Source: Macrostomum hystrix
Taxonomy: Eukaryota > Animalia > Platyhelminthes
Length of the DNA stretch: 64,000 nucleotides
Direction: 5' to 3'
Assembly: GCA_950097015.1 (NCBI GenBank)
Contig: CATNEN010000013.1
Location: 124,001-188,000, forward strand
Within the stretch, counting starts at the first letter, position 1. Every line of letters starts with the position of its first letter. Positions 20,401-35,300 of the stretch are shown here, one piece after another. Both the position numbers and the translations under genes were made by a program. A model generated the notes under the pieces. It searched no databases, was not told where the DNA came from, and saw only the letters and a program-made list of their open reading frames with translations.

Positions 20401-22888
20401 CTCCTTGGGCAGGAACGGCCGCTTCCAACGTTGGCGTCCGGCCGAGTTCAACGATGGGCGCTGCTCCTGACAGCCTATCGCTACCGTCTAGTACATCGCA
20501 GCGGGACCTCTATGCTCCGGGCGGACGCCCTGAGCCGCCTTCCTGCATCAAGCGGGCCCAAGGACGTTCCAGTGCCACCGGAAGTCATTCAAGTGATGGA
20601 CTGCCTCGACGCCGGTCCGGTGACTTCATCAGATGTGCGTAACTGGTCACGCCGCGATGCCACATTGTCTCAGGTAATTCGTTTCTGTCTCTCTGCCTGG
20701 CCGGACAAGGGATCCCTGTCCCCTGACCTCACGCCCTTCGGCAAACGCCTACAGGAGCTCTCGGTCCAAGACGGCTGCATTCTTTGGGGCTGCCGCGTCG
20801 TCATTCCGGAGGCCTGTCGATCCAGTCTCCTAGAATCGCTGCACGTCGCACACCCTGGCGCGTCCCGCATGAAGTCGCTGGCCAGGAGCTACATCTGGTG
20901 GCCCGGCATGGACCGTGATATCGAGGCGAAGGCAGCGGGATGCCAGGAGTGCCAGAAGCACCAGCGAGTCGGTCCGGAGGTGCCACTGCAACCGTGGCCG
21001 CTGCCGACAAGGCCCTGGTCGCGGATTCACATCGACTTCGCAGGGCCCGTCCAAGGAAGAATGCTCCTGGTGGTAGTCGACTCCTACTCCAAGTGGATCG
21101 ACGTTCACGTGACGTCGGCAACGACAAGCTCTGCAACGATAGAGAAGCTACGACAGACCTTCAGTGCCCACGGCCTGCCGGATGCTATTGTCTCGGACAA
21201 CGGTCCCTGCTTCGCAAGCTCGGAGTTCGAAACCTTCTGTGCTAAGAACGGCATTCGGCACATCCGCACGCCGCCCTACCACCCAGCTTCGAATGGCCAA
21301 GCCGAACGAACTGTGCAGACCGTCAAGAGCTCTCTGAAAAAACAAGCGAGCGACGGCAGCTCTCTGGAGACGCAGCTGGCGAGATTCTTGCTGAGTTACC
21401 GCACAACGCCGCACCCAACGACAGGAGTGGCTCCTTGTGAGCTACTGATGCGCCGTTCGCTGCGAACGCTCCTCGATGTACCCAGGCCAGACATTGCCAA
21501 GCGGGTCCTCGAGAACCAGGAGAAGCAAAGGCTGCAGCATGACTCTGGGGCGCACGGGCGGAGCTTCGCGGAGGGCGAGGCAGTGTTCGTTCAAGACTTC
21601 AGCTGTGGAAAGGAACGGAGCTGGACGCGAGCAACGGTGGTGGGCATTGAAGGCAGCAACTGGTACCAGTGCAACCTGCCGGACAACAGAACGGTTCGGC
21701 GCCATGCAAACCAGATGCGGTGCGATACGACTCACCGCAATGTGGACCAACAGCCTCGGGGGCTGGTCTGTCAGCCGCCACAACTGCCACCGCCCCTACC
21801 ACTGGCACCGCCGCCATCGTCGACACCGACAACGCCGCCGCCGCCGCCGCCGCCGCCGCCCCCACCGCCGCCGCCGCCGACATCACTACATCAGCCACCG
21901 CCAACGCCTCCAACGCCTCCAACAATGGCACCGCAGCAGCAGCAGCGGCGGGATCAATCACCGCAGCACGTGCCTCGAAGATCGACCAGGATCCGCAAGA
22001 GCCCAGACCGTCTGAACTATGGTGGGAGAAGTGTTATGTAGTGACTTGCAGCCAGCGCGTATACGCTGAGTACACCGCGCTGGCAGCTGTCTGTTAACTG
22101 GCTGAATATCATTTCATTGTGCGGTGCAGCCATGTGCAGCCAGCGCGCGTACGCTGAGTACACCGCGCTGGCAGCCGTTTGGTTAACTGGCTGACTTTCA
22201 AATCATTGTTCGCTCTATTTTATCACCCCCTAATCCTTACACCCAACGTGCCGTCGCATAAAATATATATCGCTGTTCTCAGGAGCGTGGAGCTCTGACT
22301 GTTTACGTTTCGTTCTAAATACCACCAGTCTAGAGTTATTTCACTGGGGACTGTAATCGGATTGGATGAGACAGGAAATCCCAGTAAACTGGGGTGGGAT
22401 GGGATGTTAAAGGGAACCACTGGTAGTTGATGGAAAGGAGCATCTAAAACAGGGAAGTGTGAATAAAAACGGAAGCCTTGAGGTAGAAGGATGTGGATAA
22501 TGAAGGCAACCAATGGGAGTGGGGTCACACTGAAAATTATAATGAAATAAACCAAGCACATTCAGGCAAGGAAGAACTTTATCGCACCCATCTCGGCCTC
22601 CATCCAGGCGGCCTCATCCGGCCCAGCTCTGGGAATGATGCCTGGATCGCTGAGTGTAGTGCGCAGTAGGCAGCCAAGCACGAAGCCAAATTGCAGCACA
22701 GCAAATACTGGCACTGCTGGCGAGAGATTCACTGCTAAGAAGCGACAGTCGAAAGCGAAGAAAAGGCCGGAAAACACCACAACCAAGCCAAGGGTGAGGT
22801 AGAAAACAGACAGGTTTCTGGCGCACACGCAGCGACCATTGCAGCAGATCCAGCTTTTACCTTTGTAATGCTCCCAGCGCTTTGGCAT
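14490..22888 (-). CDS. DHHC palmitoyltransferase, ZDHHC9/14/18 (Erf2/approximated) type; 6 coding exons
   Basis: Exons: 22888-22588, 17212-16913 ([30 protein letters not shown]), 16412-16358, 16230-16128 ([20 protein letters not shown]), 15434-15047 (IKD..NPF..G..NCC..GP..PS), and tentatively 14533-14490 (..SYIV*). All phases are consistent; intron 3 is AT-AC. The last exon is lower confidence. Confidence 0.9.
14572..14995. repeat. 21-bp minisatellite (~20 units) in the last ZDHHC intron
   Basis: GATTATGAAAGCCTGAATC(T/C)A units. Confidence 0.95.
15585..16095. repeat. 23-bp minisatellite in ZDHHC intron 4
   Basis: AATTGTACCTGAGAATGTTACTT at a 23-nt period (15601, 15624), degenerating toward 16095. 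Confidence 0.95.
16231..16357 (-). other. U12-type (minor spliceosome) AT-AC intron
   Basis: 5' end ATATCCTTTT; branch-site match TTTCCTTGAC (plus-strand 16267-16276); 3' end TGCAC. Removal restores [14 protein letters not shown], which aligns without a gap to the DHHC TM4 region. Confidence 0.88.
16500..16871 (-). mobile_element. tRNA-derived SINE family A, longest copy
   Basis: Minus-strand head GGTTCGGTGGCAGAGCGG (A box)...GTTCGATTCC (B box); core GTGTACACTGCCTGACGATGAGAAAGTCAG; (ATT)n tail. Confidence 0.8.
17215..17640. repeat. 37-bp G-rich minisatellite abutting the ZDHHC exon 2 acceptor
   Basis: GGGGATTGGGGAGGGATGGGATAATTAAGGGAATCCT at a 37-nt period (17221, 17258). Confidence 0.95.
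17649..17960 (+). repeat. 5' LTR
   Basis: TGTTATG...TTATTTCA; direct repeat of 22032-22343. Confidence 0.98.
17962..17971 (+). promoter_or_regulatory. Primer-binding site, complementary to a tRNA 3' end CUCGUCGCCA (likely tRNA-Ser GCU)
   Basis: TGGCGACGAG one base after the 5' LTR. The isotype rests on recalled metazoan tRNA-Ser(GCU) ends. Confidence 0.8.
17974..22041 (+). CDS. Gag-Pol polyprotein (Gag with two CCHC knuckles, protease, RT, RNase H, integrase)
   Basis: [48 protein letters not shown], HxxH..CxxC, IDFAG..SDNGP..AERTV. Domain order PR-RT-RH-IN indicates Ty3/gypsy. Uninterrupted 1355 codons; the first ATG is at 17986. Confidence 0.97.
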   Translation: MGPAMPAHGIGEFEDSVETWDEYQERLEQHFLAQDITDEGKKRATLLSVCGRKTFQLARSLCSPAKVAGKSYDDICSLLSGHFNPRPSEIVQRFHFNNRAQRAGETVAEFLAELRKLAEFCNFGNSLSDMLRDRLVCGIADQQIQRRLLMEPTLTLDTAKEIARAGESAAINCRSLGSANSAAPTPSTESDAVLRMERQRPEEDSRQLGAESRRRCFRCLSTRHLASKCPFVDKRCFKCSKTGHTAKACKTDALRQQQTHQLVEQVTTSASPDEVSYPFYHLGADRPQSSFPPIRTSVFIEGRQHEMEVDTGASVSLMSERTFKANLDGLVTLSRSTIQLSTYTGQTVRVLGQLSVRVRVSADSDEAQLRLLVVAGDGPSLLGRDWLAQLRLDWQSVKRIGDPAEKLIKEFSDVFQGLGEFNGKPVSISLKETARPKFFKARPVPFALREKVEQQLQKEIDQGVLMPVKNSDWASPIVPVMKSDGSVRVCADFKQGVNTAIRPEAYPLPNIDELFARLTGGQKFSKLDLTNAFMQLPLDEEAQEVCTINTSVGLLRYTRLPFGVSIAPSVFQRVMDNLLRGIPHTASFIDDVIITGEDDASHLHNLREVLRVFKESGLTCKLEKCRFFQDEVTYLGHRIDAEGLHPLDDKVQAVLDAPAPTNTTQLRSFLGLINYYGKFLPNLSSVLAPLHRLLEKNSKWRWDRGEAKAFAAAKQLLTHPSVLVHYNAAEDLYLECDASQYGLGAVIFHRQNGMDKPIAYASRSLSAAEKNYCQLEKEALALVFGVRKFHQYLFGREFNLLTDHRPLLGLLGQERPLPTLASGRVQRWALLLTAYRYRLVHRSGTSMLRADALSRLPASSGPKDVPVPPEVIQVMDCLDAGPVTSSDVRNWSRRDATLSQVIRFCLSAWPDKGSLSPDLTPFGKRLQELSVQDGCILWGCRVVIPEACRSSLLESLHVAHPGASRMKSLARSYIWWPGMDRDIEAKAAGCQECQKHQRVGPEVPLQPWPLPTRPWSRIHIDFAGPVQGRMLLVVVDSYSKWIDVHVTSATTSSATIEKLRQTFSAHGLPDAIVSDNGPCFASSEFETFCAKNGIRHIRTPPYHPASNGQAERTVQTVKSSLKKQASDGSSLETQLARFLLSYRTTPHPTTGVAPCELLMRRSLRTLLDVPRPDIAKRVLENQEKQRLQHDSGAHGRSFAEGEAVFVQDFSCGKERSWTRATVVGIEGSNWYQCNLPDNRTVRRHANQMRCDTTHRNVDQQPRGLVCQPPQLPPPLPLAPPPSSTPTTPPPPPPPPPPPPPPPTSLHQPPPTPPTPPTMAPQQQQRRDQSPQHVPRRSTRIRKSPDRLNYGGRSVM
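22032..22343 (+). repeat. 3' LTR
   Basis: Identical by eye to 17649-17960; the gag-pol stop codon lies inside it. Confidence 0.98.
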
Positions 22889-24499
22889 TGCAGCATCAGC
22901 AGCAGCGGAAATTTTCGCTGGACTACTAGTGGGACCAATGCGATGTTGCTAAAATTGTGAACAATGAGAGAGGGATGAAATATAATTGATGAATATATTT
23001 TAAATATGGAATATGACATATTCACATAGCAAAAATATAAATTGCATGCAAATAAATTATTATCTATAATAAAGTGGTAGATATTTTACATTCTAAAGAT
23101 GGACAAAGGCTTCGACTCACTGGCTAAGTTACATAGTTAAAATCGGAGACTGTAGTGTTTGTGTTTCTTTAGCTATAGTACTTAGTTACCCTAAGTCTTA
23201 GAAAACATGTTTTTTAAGTAAATGATTATTGTAAAAAATGATTTCATATTCAGATAGTTTTATATCTATTTGATTAGCAAATTATTTAAAAAAAATATCA
23301 AACTATGTTCATTTCATAACTGTAAATAGACTTAGTACTGATATCCAACGATTGAAATTAATCTTTGAATAGGCCTATATTGTATGTATTACACAATCAT
23401 AGCTATCATTTTTTATAAACTGGACTTGTCTCAAGATTTTCTGTCTTCTGTCTTAAATAATATTGTAAAACAAATTAACATAAGTCTGATAAAAGGCTGC
23501 CTCCAGTAAATCATTAGAAGATAATTTCTGTTAGGATTATGATGGGAATTATGATGGGTATTTACCTTATGATAAATTACCTTAATGATACCAACATAAG
23601 GTAATTTCCTACTTAACTGTGTTTAAATATTTGAACGCTTTTTCATAGTTTTCCCAGCATAAAATTAATACGCATATTATGCGCCACCAGTTGAAACGCA
23701 CTTTAAATACTTTTTGCATACTTCTTAACTAAGTAAAAATAATCATTCTTGTCACTAATATATATTAAGGATACTGTAACATATTCGTTCAATTCAGAAC
23801 TTAATGTGATAATTCGTTGAAAATGAACAAATTAAAATCGTTGAAATGCAGTTTAAGTTCTTACAACTGAGATATCACTACATGTAGTTCGAATTATTAG
23901 CAACTATACTTTTTTAAATCTAAAAATAGTAATAGGCAATTAAACAGTGCATTTGACTTAATGGTATTGAAACATTTTGCTTTAAAATGTACCAATTAGT
24001 GCACCGATTTAACGGTAGTTTACGGTTCAGTATAAGTTCTTTTAATATTCGCTGCTTCTTCGCCGCTATTTTGCTGTCCTAGATTTTCTATCATTTCCTT
24101 TCCAGTTTCCAGTAGCTTTTTCTTTTAGTTAATTTTACATTTATAGCCGGTTGTTTAACGTAGGTAGAGCTTGCCCATAGGCCATAGCAAAGGCCTGTAG
24201 CGAAAGGTTTTATATCCTACTGAGGCTGTCTATTTAATTTTCTTTGATAGGATCTCATATGCACCAGTATAACTAAAAAATATAGAGTTAAAGTAAATTC
24301 ATTTCTGTTGACTTTGAGTTTAAGTTCAAAATTTAGTGTATTGTATTTTTCATTTATAAGAAACTATTTTCAGTTTAGGACATTTGCTTTAAGAATACAG
24401 ATATCCTACCACTTTCTTCATCAAATCTATAAACAGTTTTATTTTAATTTTAGTATTCAAAAGAGTTGATATATTTACTTTATAAAGGAAAAACTAAAA

Positions 24500-28591
<4,092 letters not shown>

Positions 28592-29780
28592 ACAAGAGGT
28601 TATTTGTCTTGCAAACCGACTGTTTAATAATGATTGTCGAGCCCTGACAGGCATGGATATGCAGATATGAGCCATACAAGTGCTCATTTTAATTATCGGT
28701 TCACAATAAGCCCATCTGCCGAATTTTGTTACGATTATAAAAAATTCTGCCATTGTCTTGAAGCTTAATTTTTATCTGGAATATCCTACTCTAGTTCACA
28801 CAGTTTTTCCACTTAGCTGTTTTGCATTCCACTATTGAAGTCATTTTTTATTGCTCGCTCACTATCTACTGTTTTCTTGGCTGTGATCCTTTTTGCTTAT
28901 TAACCCTTTAAATTAAATCGGATATATTTTTCCTAGCATGCCAATTCGTACAACCCAACTGTGTCATCTTTGTACATGTTAATCTTCTCAGTTCACTGCA
29001 CTGTAAAATCGATTTTTTCACTACTTTTACTGATTCATTGGTCAAGTCTTGATTACTTTTCAGTGTTTTACTTTAGTCAGTCTACCTTAAGACTCAGGAT
29101 ATAGGGTAGAGGGTAGCTACAGTGTAACAGTGTACCTGAAGACTCAATATATCAAGCCAACGATTTGTGAACAGGCCATAGACTAGTGCGATTTTAGAAT
29201 CGAAGGATCACATTTTTCTCTTTACCTTATTCATCTGTTGCTCTTTTCACAACTGTAGTGTTTTTTATACGAAAAGTCTGCTTTCTTGCTGTTTCTAATC
29301 GCTTTTTTAACCAGGTAATGACAACAGACAAATAAAATTATCGGAACATTGTTTGTTATATTTGAAAACGAACTTGCACTTTGTTGTGAGACTTTGATAA
29401 TTTTTTTTCTTGTTAAGAATTATCAGTCATTGATAAGAATAGTTTTCGTTTTTAGTATGTGTTTTTACCCTCTAATAACTTTTCATTATGACAACCTTCT
29501 CACAGATTTCTTGCAATAAATGCCCCACTTTTAGATTTCCTTCTCATCCATTTATCAGAAAATCTATCGTGATAATTTAGTTTGTCTCACTTCTTAAAAT
29601 ATGCCCTAAGGTAGCATTGCTTACTAACTAACTTATTTCTTATAATAGAATTTTCACGAAAATACATCCTTTGAAACCTCTTTTAAAACAAATAAAAATA
29701 TGGTGTACAAGACACCAGAACAACAGACTCTCAGTTGCCAGGCAATTTTTACACTTGCTGCCAGCAGGGCCAAGATTCAA

Positions 29781-30676
29781 ATGGACTCTGGCGGCGACTC
29801 CGGCTTCATCAGGGCGCAGGTGTGCAGCTGGCCTGAGACGCGCCAACTGGAACTCATTATCTGCGAGCTCACAGACCAGTCGGAGCCGGCCGAGCTTTGC
29901 CTGGCCCGCCTAGCCGGACTGGCTGGCCCAGTAGACGACCTCCTTCGGCTACGCTGCGACGGCGAGGCCAACGGCGACGCCAGTGTTGACTTGGTTGCCG
30001 AACTGCGCCAGTTTTGCGCCTCGCGTCAAGACCTTCGCCTTTTGCCGATTCTTTGCTGGCGTGACAAGATAGCCGCCGTGGAGACGATGCTCATTCGCCT
30101 GCTGAATGGCCGGCCAAGCCCGTGGACCGTCGGGCGCAAACGGAAAGAGCAGTTCCGCCGGATTCTTCCACTGGAGGATGTTTGCGCCCAGCTGTGCATT
30201 AGATTCCGCACGGAGTCAACAAGAAAGCTACTGGCTGAGCTGAAGCTAGTAGTTGGCCAGGACCCCAGCTTCTCCTGTCTGGCCTTGACTGGCCGTCTGC
30301 GGGCCTGCAGTCAGCACCGTTGCCATGTGGACTGCGCCTATCATCGCTGCCAGGTACTTCGCTGCTTTAACAGTAGAATGACCATGCTTTTTCCCCCTGG
30401 ACAAAGACCACGGGGCATTTCAAACACCCACTGCCTAATTCACGATAGCTCCCAAACCGAAATCGAAAAATTATAGCTCATTTTCTGGATTTCCATTGCA
30501 ATGGTTAAACAATTTAGGAGATACAAAAAACTAAGAATGTGGTTTTTTGAAATGCCCCTATGGTCTTTGTACTGTTAATCTCGTAGCTTGGTTGGAACCT
30601 GAATTTGCCTTTTCTTTATGTAAACCAGGCTTTACACCAGGGTTCGGCAAAATTTTCATCTGTGCTGGCCAGATAG
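29781..30676 (+). CDS. Hypothetical protein (unrecognised), main exon 29781-30353 with a possible short last exon 30629-30676
   Basis: GC-rich open frame with coding-like composition; acceptor-like CAGCAG before the ATG; donor CAG|GTACTT at 30353; an in-frame acceptor follows. No family recognised. Confidence 0.5.
30375..30470 (+). repeat. Dispersed repeat family C (unclassified), copy 1
   Basis: AACAGTAGAA..ACCA.GCT..TTCCCC...GACCACGGGGCATTTCAAACACCCACTGCC..CACGATAGCTCCCAAACCGAA, shared with about 40060-40245 (-), 56890-57005 (+) and 60308-60490 (+). Confidence 0.75.
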
Positions 30677-31027
30677 AGCAGAGCTAGAGTGCCATGGGCC
30701 AGAAAAAACGAATAATAGTTTATCTTTATCCACAAAAAACCTTAGCTGGAAAATTGGTTGAATGTGGTGAGTGGCAGTGTCCATTGTCACATACTTAGAC
30801 GCCTTGTGCACAGACTCCCAATGACCGCAGATGTTAGCCTTCTTGACAAGAGGGACAGTTGCTATGTAGATAAGGAGCTTCGTGTCTATCTTGCGCTTTT
30901 TCTGCGGGATCGGTCCGCGGGCCGGTGTTTGCCAAACCCTTGGTGTACACACTGCGATAAATAAGCCAATGAGAGCGCTCCGCATTGTCTAACCCGCACT
31001 CCAGTTAATTTCTGCCGCTTTGACCAG

Positions 31028-31445
31028 CCACTTTCGCGACCTGCTTCCTCCGCCGATGGCCACGGATGCCGCCGCGGCCGCTGCCGTTTTGGAATCAGAA
31101 GGTCGAAAGTCACTCTTGGCTGGAGGCCCCAGTGACTATGGCGACAGCAGCTCAGAGGCCGATGTTGAGTCCGTGTGCAACCCGTTTCCCAGGCCTGAGG
31201 AAATGCCAGCTCCGGATCTGCTGCTGATGTCCGGCTTCGAGGACCCAGATCCCGATGCCGAGGATTCGCAGGAAGTGCAGCTGCCTCCGATTCAGCAGCC
31301 ACAGCAGCAGAGGCAGCCGTGGCGTCCAAAACCACAGACCCTGTTGGATAATGACTACCTCAGCGGCTTCCGTGACATCCGTCTGGCGAATCCAAACTTT
31401 ATTAATGACGACACGCCTGATAGGCCATATGTGCACCACAGCTAA
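31028..31445 (+). CDS. Hypothetical acidic/proline-rich protein exon
   Basis: GC-rich ORF after the acceptor TTGACCAG; a possible upstream micro-exon ATGTG|GTGAGT at 30762-30766 is in phase; an internal ATG lies at 31056. No family recognised. Confidence 0.4.
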
Positions 31446-31650
31446 TAATAATAATAATATCGTTTGCTTACTCCTTCCTGATCACCCGCGTAAAAAGATA
31501 CTGTACTTATACATCTGCCCTGACTTTCTCTTCGTCAGGCAGTATTCACTCTTACCGTCCCTCGTGGGCGTAAATTGTATATTAATCTCAGTGGAATCGA
31601 GCCCATGGACCTTGGTGCGAGGGGCAAACGCGTCAACCGCTCTAAATGCG
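31442..31650 (-). mobile_element. SINE family A copy (internally deleted)
   Basis: CTGCCCTGACTTTCTCTTCGTCAGGCAG core, GGAATCGAGC B-box complement, CGCGTCAACCGCTCT head, (TAA)n tail complement. Confidence 0.7.
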
Positions 31651-34377
31651 AACAAAATAATGAGCAGACAGCAGGTCAGTGAGTTAGCCTGGCCAAATAA
31701 CCGTGAAAGAATTCTGATTGTTCATTCCTTTGGAAAACCTTATCTCTTCACATTTGATCTGAATAGCTAAGTCGGCACTATTAATTTAGCACTCACCATC
31801 GTTGGCCGCCTGTCGGTTTTTTTCAAGCAGAAAAGGAAGCGAACGCGCTTATTTAGATGTGAGACCATCTGCCGGCTTTCTGGTCAGTTTTTATCGCTGG
31901 AATCATTTTATCTTATTTACCCGATGCGTCCAAATCTGCGGTTTAGAAACCGGTTGGTGGTTATAAATTGCTGCCCAAGACAGTCCACAGCTTCTGTCAC
32001 ACTCGGACTATTTTGCGCACTAGCTTTGAAGACCCGTCAAAATATATCTATGGTAGAATACTCCTATCATTGTTTCATGCTATTGTCCCTTCTTGTAATT
32101 CTCAAGTCGTTGATTTTTTGCTTATCTCAGTTTCTCGCCCTCCTGTTTCTTCTGGTTGATAATTTCACCAATATACCTTGGATGTTTTAATCTCCCTAGC
32201 TTCCAAGTGAGTGCGCATGAGTGCATTTACTTGTATATACTATCTAATTTATCTGCTCCTGCACAGACTCGCCGCCCTGCCTCTGTTTGCTTTTTTCTGG
32301 CCCACCTCCCACCTGTGTTAGCCCTGTTATAATTAAGACTTGACCCACAAAGCCAATGCATATCTCTGGCTTGGTTGGCCAGGATCAGTCTATGTTCATG
32401 AAGTTCTTAAAAATAATTTGTTTAATAAAAATCCATCGAAAAACACACGCTGGCATAGCCTGTCTTTCATATAAATTTAAGTTATTTCCTCACCGAAAGT
32501 CGGTTCTGTAGATCACTAACTCGGCGCTTCGAAAACCTATGTACTGCTGTTTAGTCTATGGACTTTGGACTCCAGAAAAGCAGCTAGCTTTCACCCACTT
32601 AACAGCTAGGTGAACTAATTTTGGAATTAGCAGTAGAACTACCAAAATGGTAGTTGAAGTTTTTAGAGGGTTCCAAAATTTCCCACACAGACATTTTTGC
32701 TGCGCTTGACTGAAGCAACGCAATAAACAAAACTCAAGAACATTTGCATTTGCCTGCATCATCTACGACTTTGCTGCTCACCGGCCTTCCTGGTGCGAAT
32801 TTCTCCACTTTCGCTGATCAAGCCTCGATATGGAGCAAAAGTACAGGAATTGGCTGGCGACTTGATTCTTGTTTCAGAATTCCGAAGTCCGAAGCCCTTA
32901 GCAACTGCAGGCTTTCATTGGTTTGTTCCTTGTGTTCCACGACGCCAGATGAGATTGGACAAGGCGGCATGCTTTGCTTTACTTTGCTTCAAAATTAAGT
33001 TAGCGCTTTATCTTTAATGATATAATGCGCTCGCAGTGCAGAATGAATGATTGCTCGGATGCACGAATCTGTCTCGACAGCTCACAGAGATTACCGCGGG
33101 TTTCACCCCGGCATTCCAGCCTGCCTTTGATGAAGAGCTGTGGCACTGTGGCAGGGGGGAGAGGAAAATGAGCGCCCGGATCCAGCTTTTGCCAGCACTC
33201 AGCCGACCCGTGGAGCTGCTGCCACTGCAGGGTTGGCTTCGGGGTGAAATTATGAAAGGACTGGAGACGCAAGGCAAAGAAATCGGAAGTGTCACACAAG
33301 GAGCCGCACTAGGAGAAAGATTTCCGCGACTTTGGCCGGGCTGACTTGCTGCATTAGCGCAAGCACGCTTCTACAGTAGACACAGTCCGCATCCATCCAC
33401 TCATTCATTCATTTCTTCAGTCATACAGCATTTTTTGTTGGGAGATTGAATCAAAGCATCTACAAAGATGCAGGCGCCGTATGTATTTAGAGAGTGTGTC
33501 GGAAGGAGTTTTAGCAAGTGGGTGCAGCAGTGACAGGAATCTACGGTGCCTGGCATGTACTGATAGCTCCCCCTCCTGTTTAGCGAGTTCAGCAGTCTGA
33601 TTAAACTCATCATCGCGCGACCTGCTATCGGGATAATTTAGTCAGCATGTGCACGCGAACTCAAACCTCAGTCCCTACCGCGGTGTTTTGTCCGTGCCAT
33701 TAGGCACGGCTGAACTGCCCGCACGTCCCCCCCACTATGCACCCAACTCATCCGTTTCAGCAGGTCCTATACGCGCATTCTCTCATTTTCTTATCCATTG
33801 GGAAGTTCAGAACCGAATCCCTGCCTCGATTGGCACCCACAGCCAACCCCTGCGCCCTGCCTGTGTCCGTGGCACTCGCCCGGTGACTTTGCTTTGAATA
33901 GCCTTTCCCCGACTACTCGCTGCTGCGTGCTGCACGCCTCTTGCAATCCCGACCCGCGTATGGCTCAACCGGGGCATCGGCAGCTTCCCTGCTCAGCCAG
34001 TGCTCATGCATGCTTGGGAGCCGGGGGCGGGGAGATACTCTAGATTCGGTGCTCAAACTTTCGAAAGGCTGCACCCGAATTTCTCTGCCTTTTACTTGGA
34101 TTTGTGTGTGCGCGCATGTGAGGTCTCTGAGAGATGCTTCGCTTCTTCGGGACTTTGCGACAAGAAATTGGAATGAGAAAGAGAGAGGGATGCCAAGGCT
34201 TAGTCCCTGTCGCTCCTTCGTTTTTACTCCGCCCGTTTCCTCATCCTAGGCCTGGCCTAGTGCCGTCGACCCAATCAGTGCCCAGGGCGCTAGGGGCTGG
34301 GCGAGATCCTTCTCCTTCCTCTCCTCCGATCCCACTCTACAGTCCTCCCGGACCTTCTTTTGCCTTAATGCCGGCGC

Positions 34378-34380
<3 letters not shown>

Positions 34381-34412
<32 letters not shown>
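34381..34412. repeat. (GCT)n microsatellite
   Basis: About 10 perfect units. Confidence 0.95.
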
Positions 34413-35300
34413 GGGTGACACACGAGCTGCCCCCACCTCATCAGGGCCACCAACCCCTTTCATTCCAAACGCGGCGAGAGCGAGAGAGAGAAGAAAAGAA
34501 TTAAAGGAGAGAGGAGGCCGGCCGGAGTTCAGGCAGAAAAAATGTGATAGAGGCGATGGGATCAGACCCGGGGTGGGGGGAGAGGAAAGAAGGGAAAGGA
34601 GGAGGTTGGGCCCGTGGTGGCCGGCATATAAGCTATTGAGGAGCCCCGGTCTGTGCTTGCAAGAACTATTATAAAACCCCTTTCCATTGCGGCCCGTTGT
34701 GTGAAAAAAAGTCGGACATTCTCCGCTTCTGATTTTGCGGGAGACAATACGCAGCTTCTCGCACCTCAAAACAAAGCTCATTGTTTCATCTTGGCGCTGA
34801 GCAGCAGTTTAAGGTAAAATTTCAGAGTCCTTAGAATTGTTTTCTGCTGCTTCGGCCAAATTTGTACAGTTTTTGGGCGATTTTGCCTTTCGTTACAATC
34901 CTTCACTTTTCCCGAATATTTCCCGAGTAGTTTTTCATCGACTGTGCTGCCACGGGCTGAAGGCCAGAAAATGTAATTACAAGCAGCGTACGTGGCTAGG
35001 TAAAAACCTGTTTGTAATTAGCTAATCCAAATGAGAAACATTGGGATTTAACTTTAGATCAAGATTATAGCATGCTTGTTAGTACTAACATGTAACAGGT
35101 AGCAAGAATGCTTTATCGTGTGACAGATTAAATCAGAATACCAGCATGAGAGTGTCACAAGCGGCAAGAAAATCTGTTTGCTCATACGTGTAGAAACTTT
35201 CCATTCTGTTCTCAAGTCTAATGAAATTTGCGCTGAAAACAACACACCTAACAATTGACAAAAATGTAGATTCGATTTCTAACAAGTTCAACTTGGCGGC

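Larger units (their letters stand above)
17649..22343 (+). mobile_element. Full-length Ty3/gypsy (Mag-like) LTR retrotransposon inserted antisense in ZDHHC intron 1
   Basis: LTRs 17649-17960 and 22032-22343 (312 bp, TG...CA, identical by eye); TSD CTGGG at 17644-17648 and 22344-22348; PBS TGGCGACGAG at 17962-17971; PPT GGTGGGAGAAG at 22021-22031; single gag-pol ORF. Confidence 0.98.

Noticed and set aside
17953-22097. Numerous antisense and alternate-frame ORFs over the retrotransposon, including poly-Ala ORF 21599-21961
   Set aside because: Shadows of GC-rich gag-pol codons and the (CCG)n tract; no independent motifs.
32744-34830. GC-moderate region with many short ORFs upstream of the GST gene (similar texture at 3560-4320 and 37300-38460)
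   Set aside because: No recognisable domain, consistent splice pattern, TIR or TSD; could not support any call.
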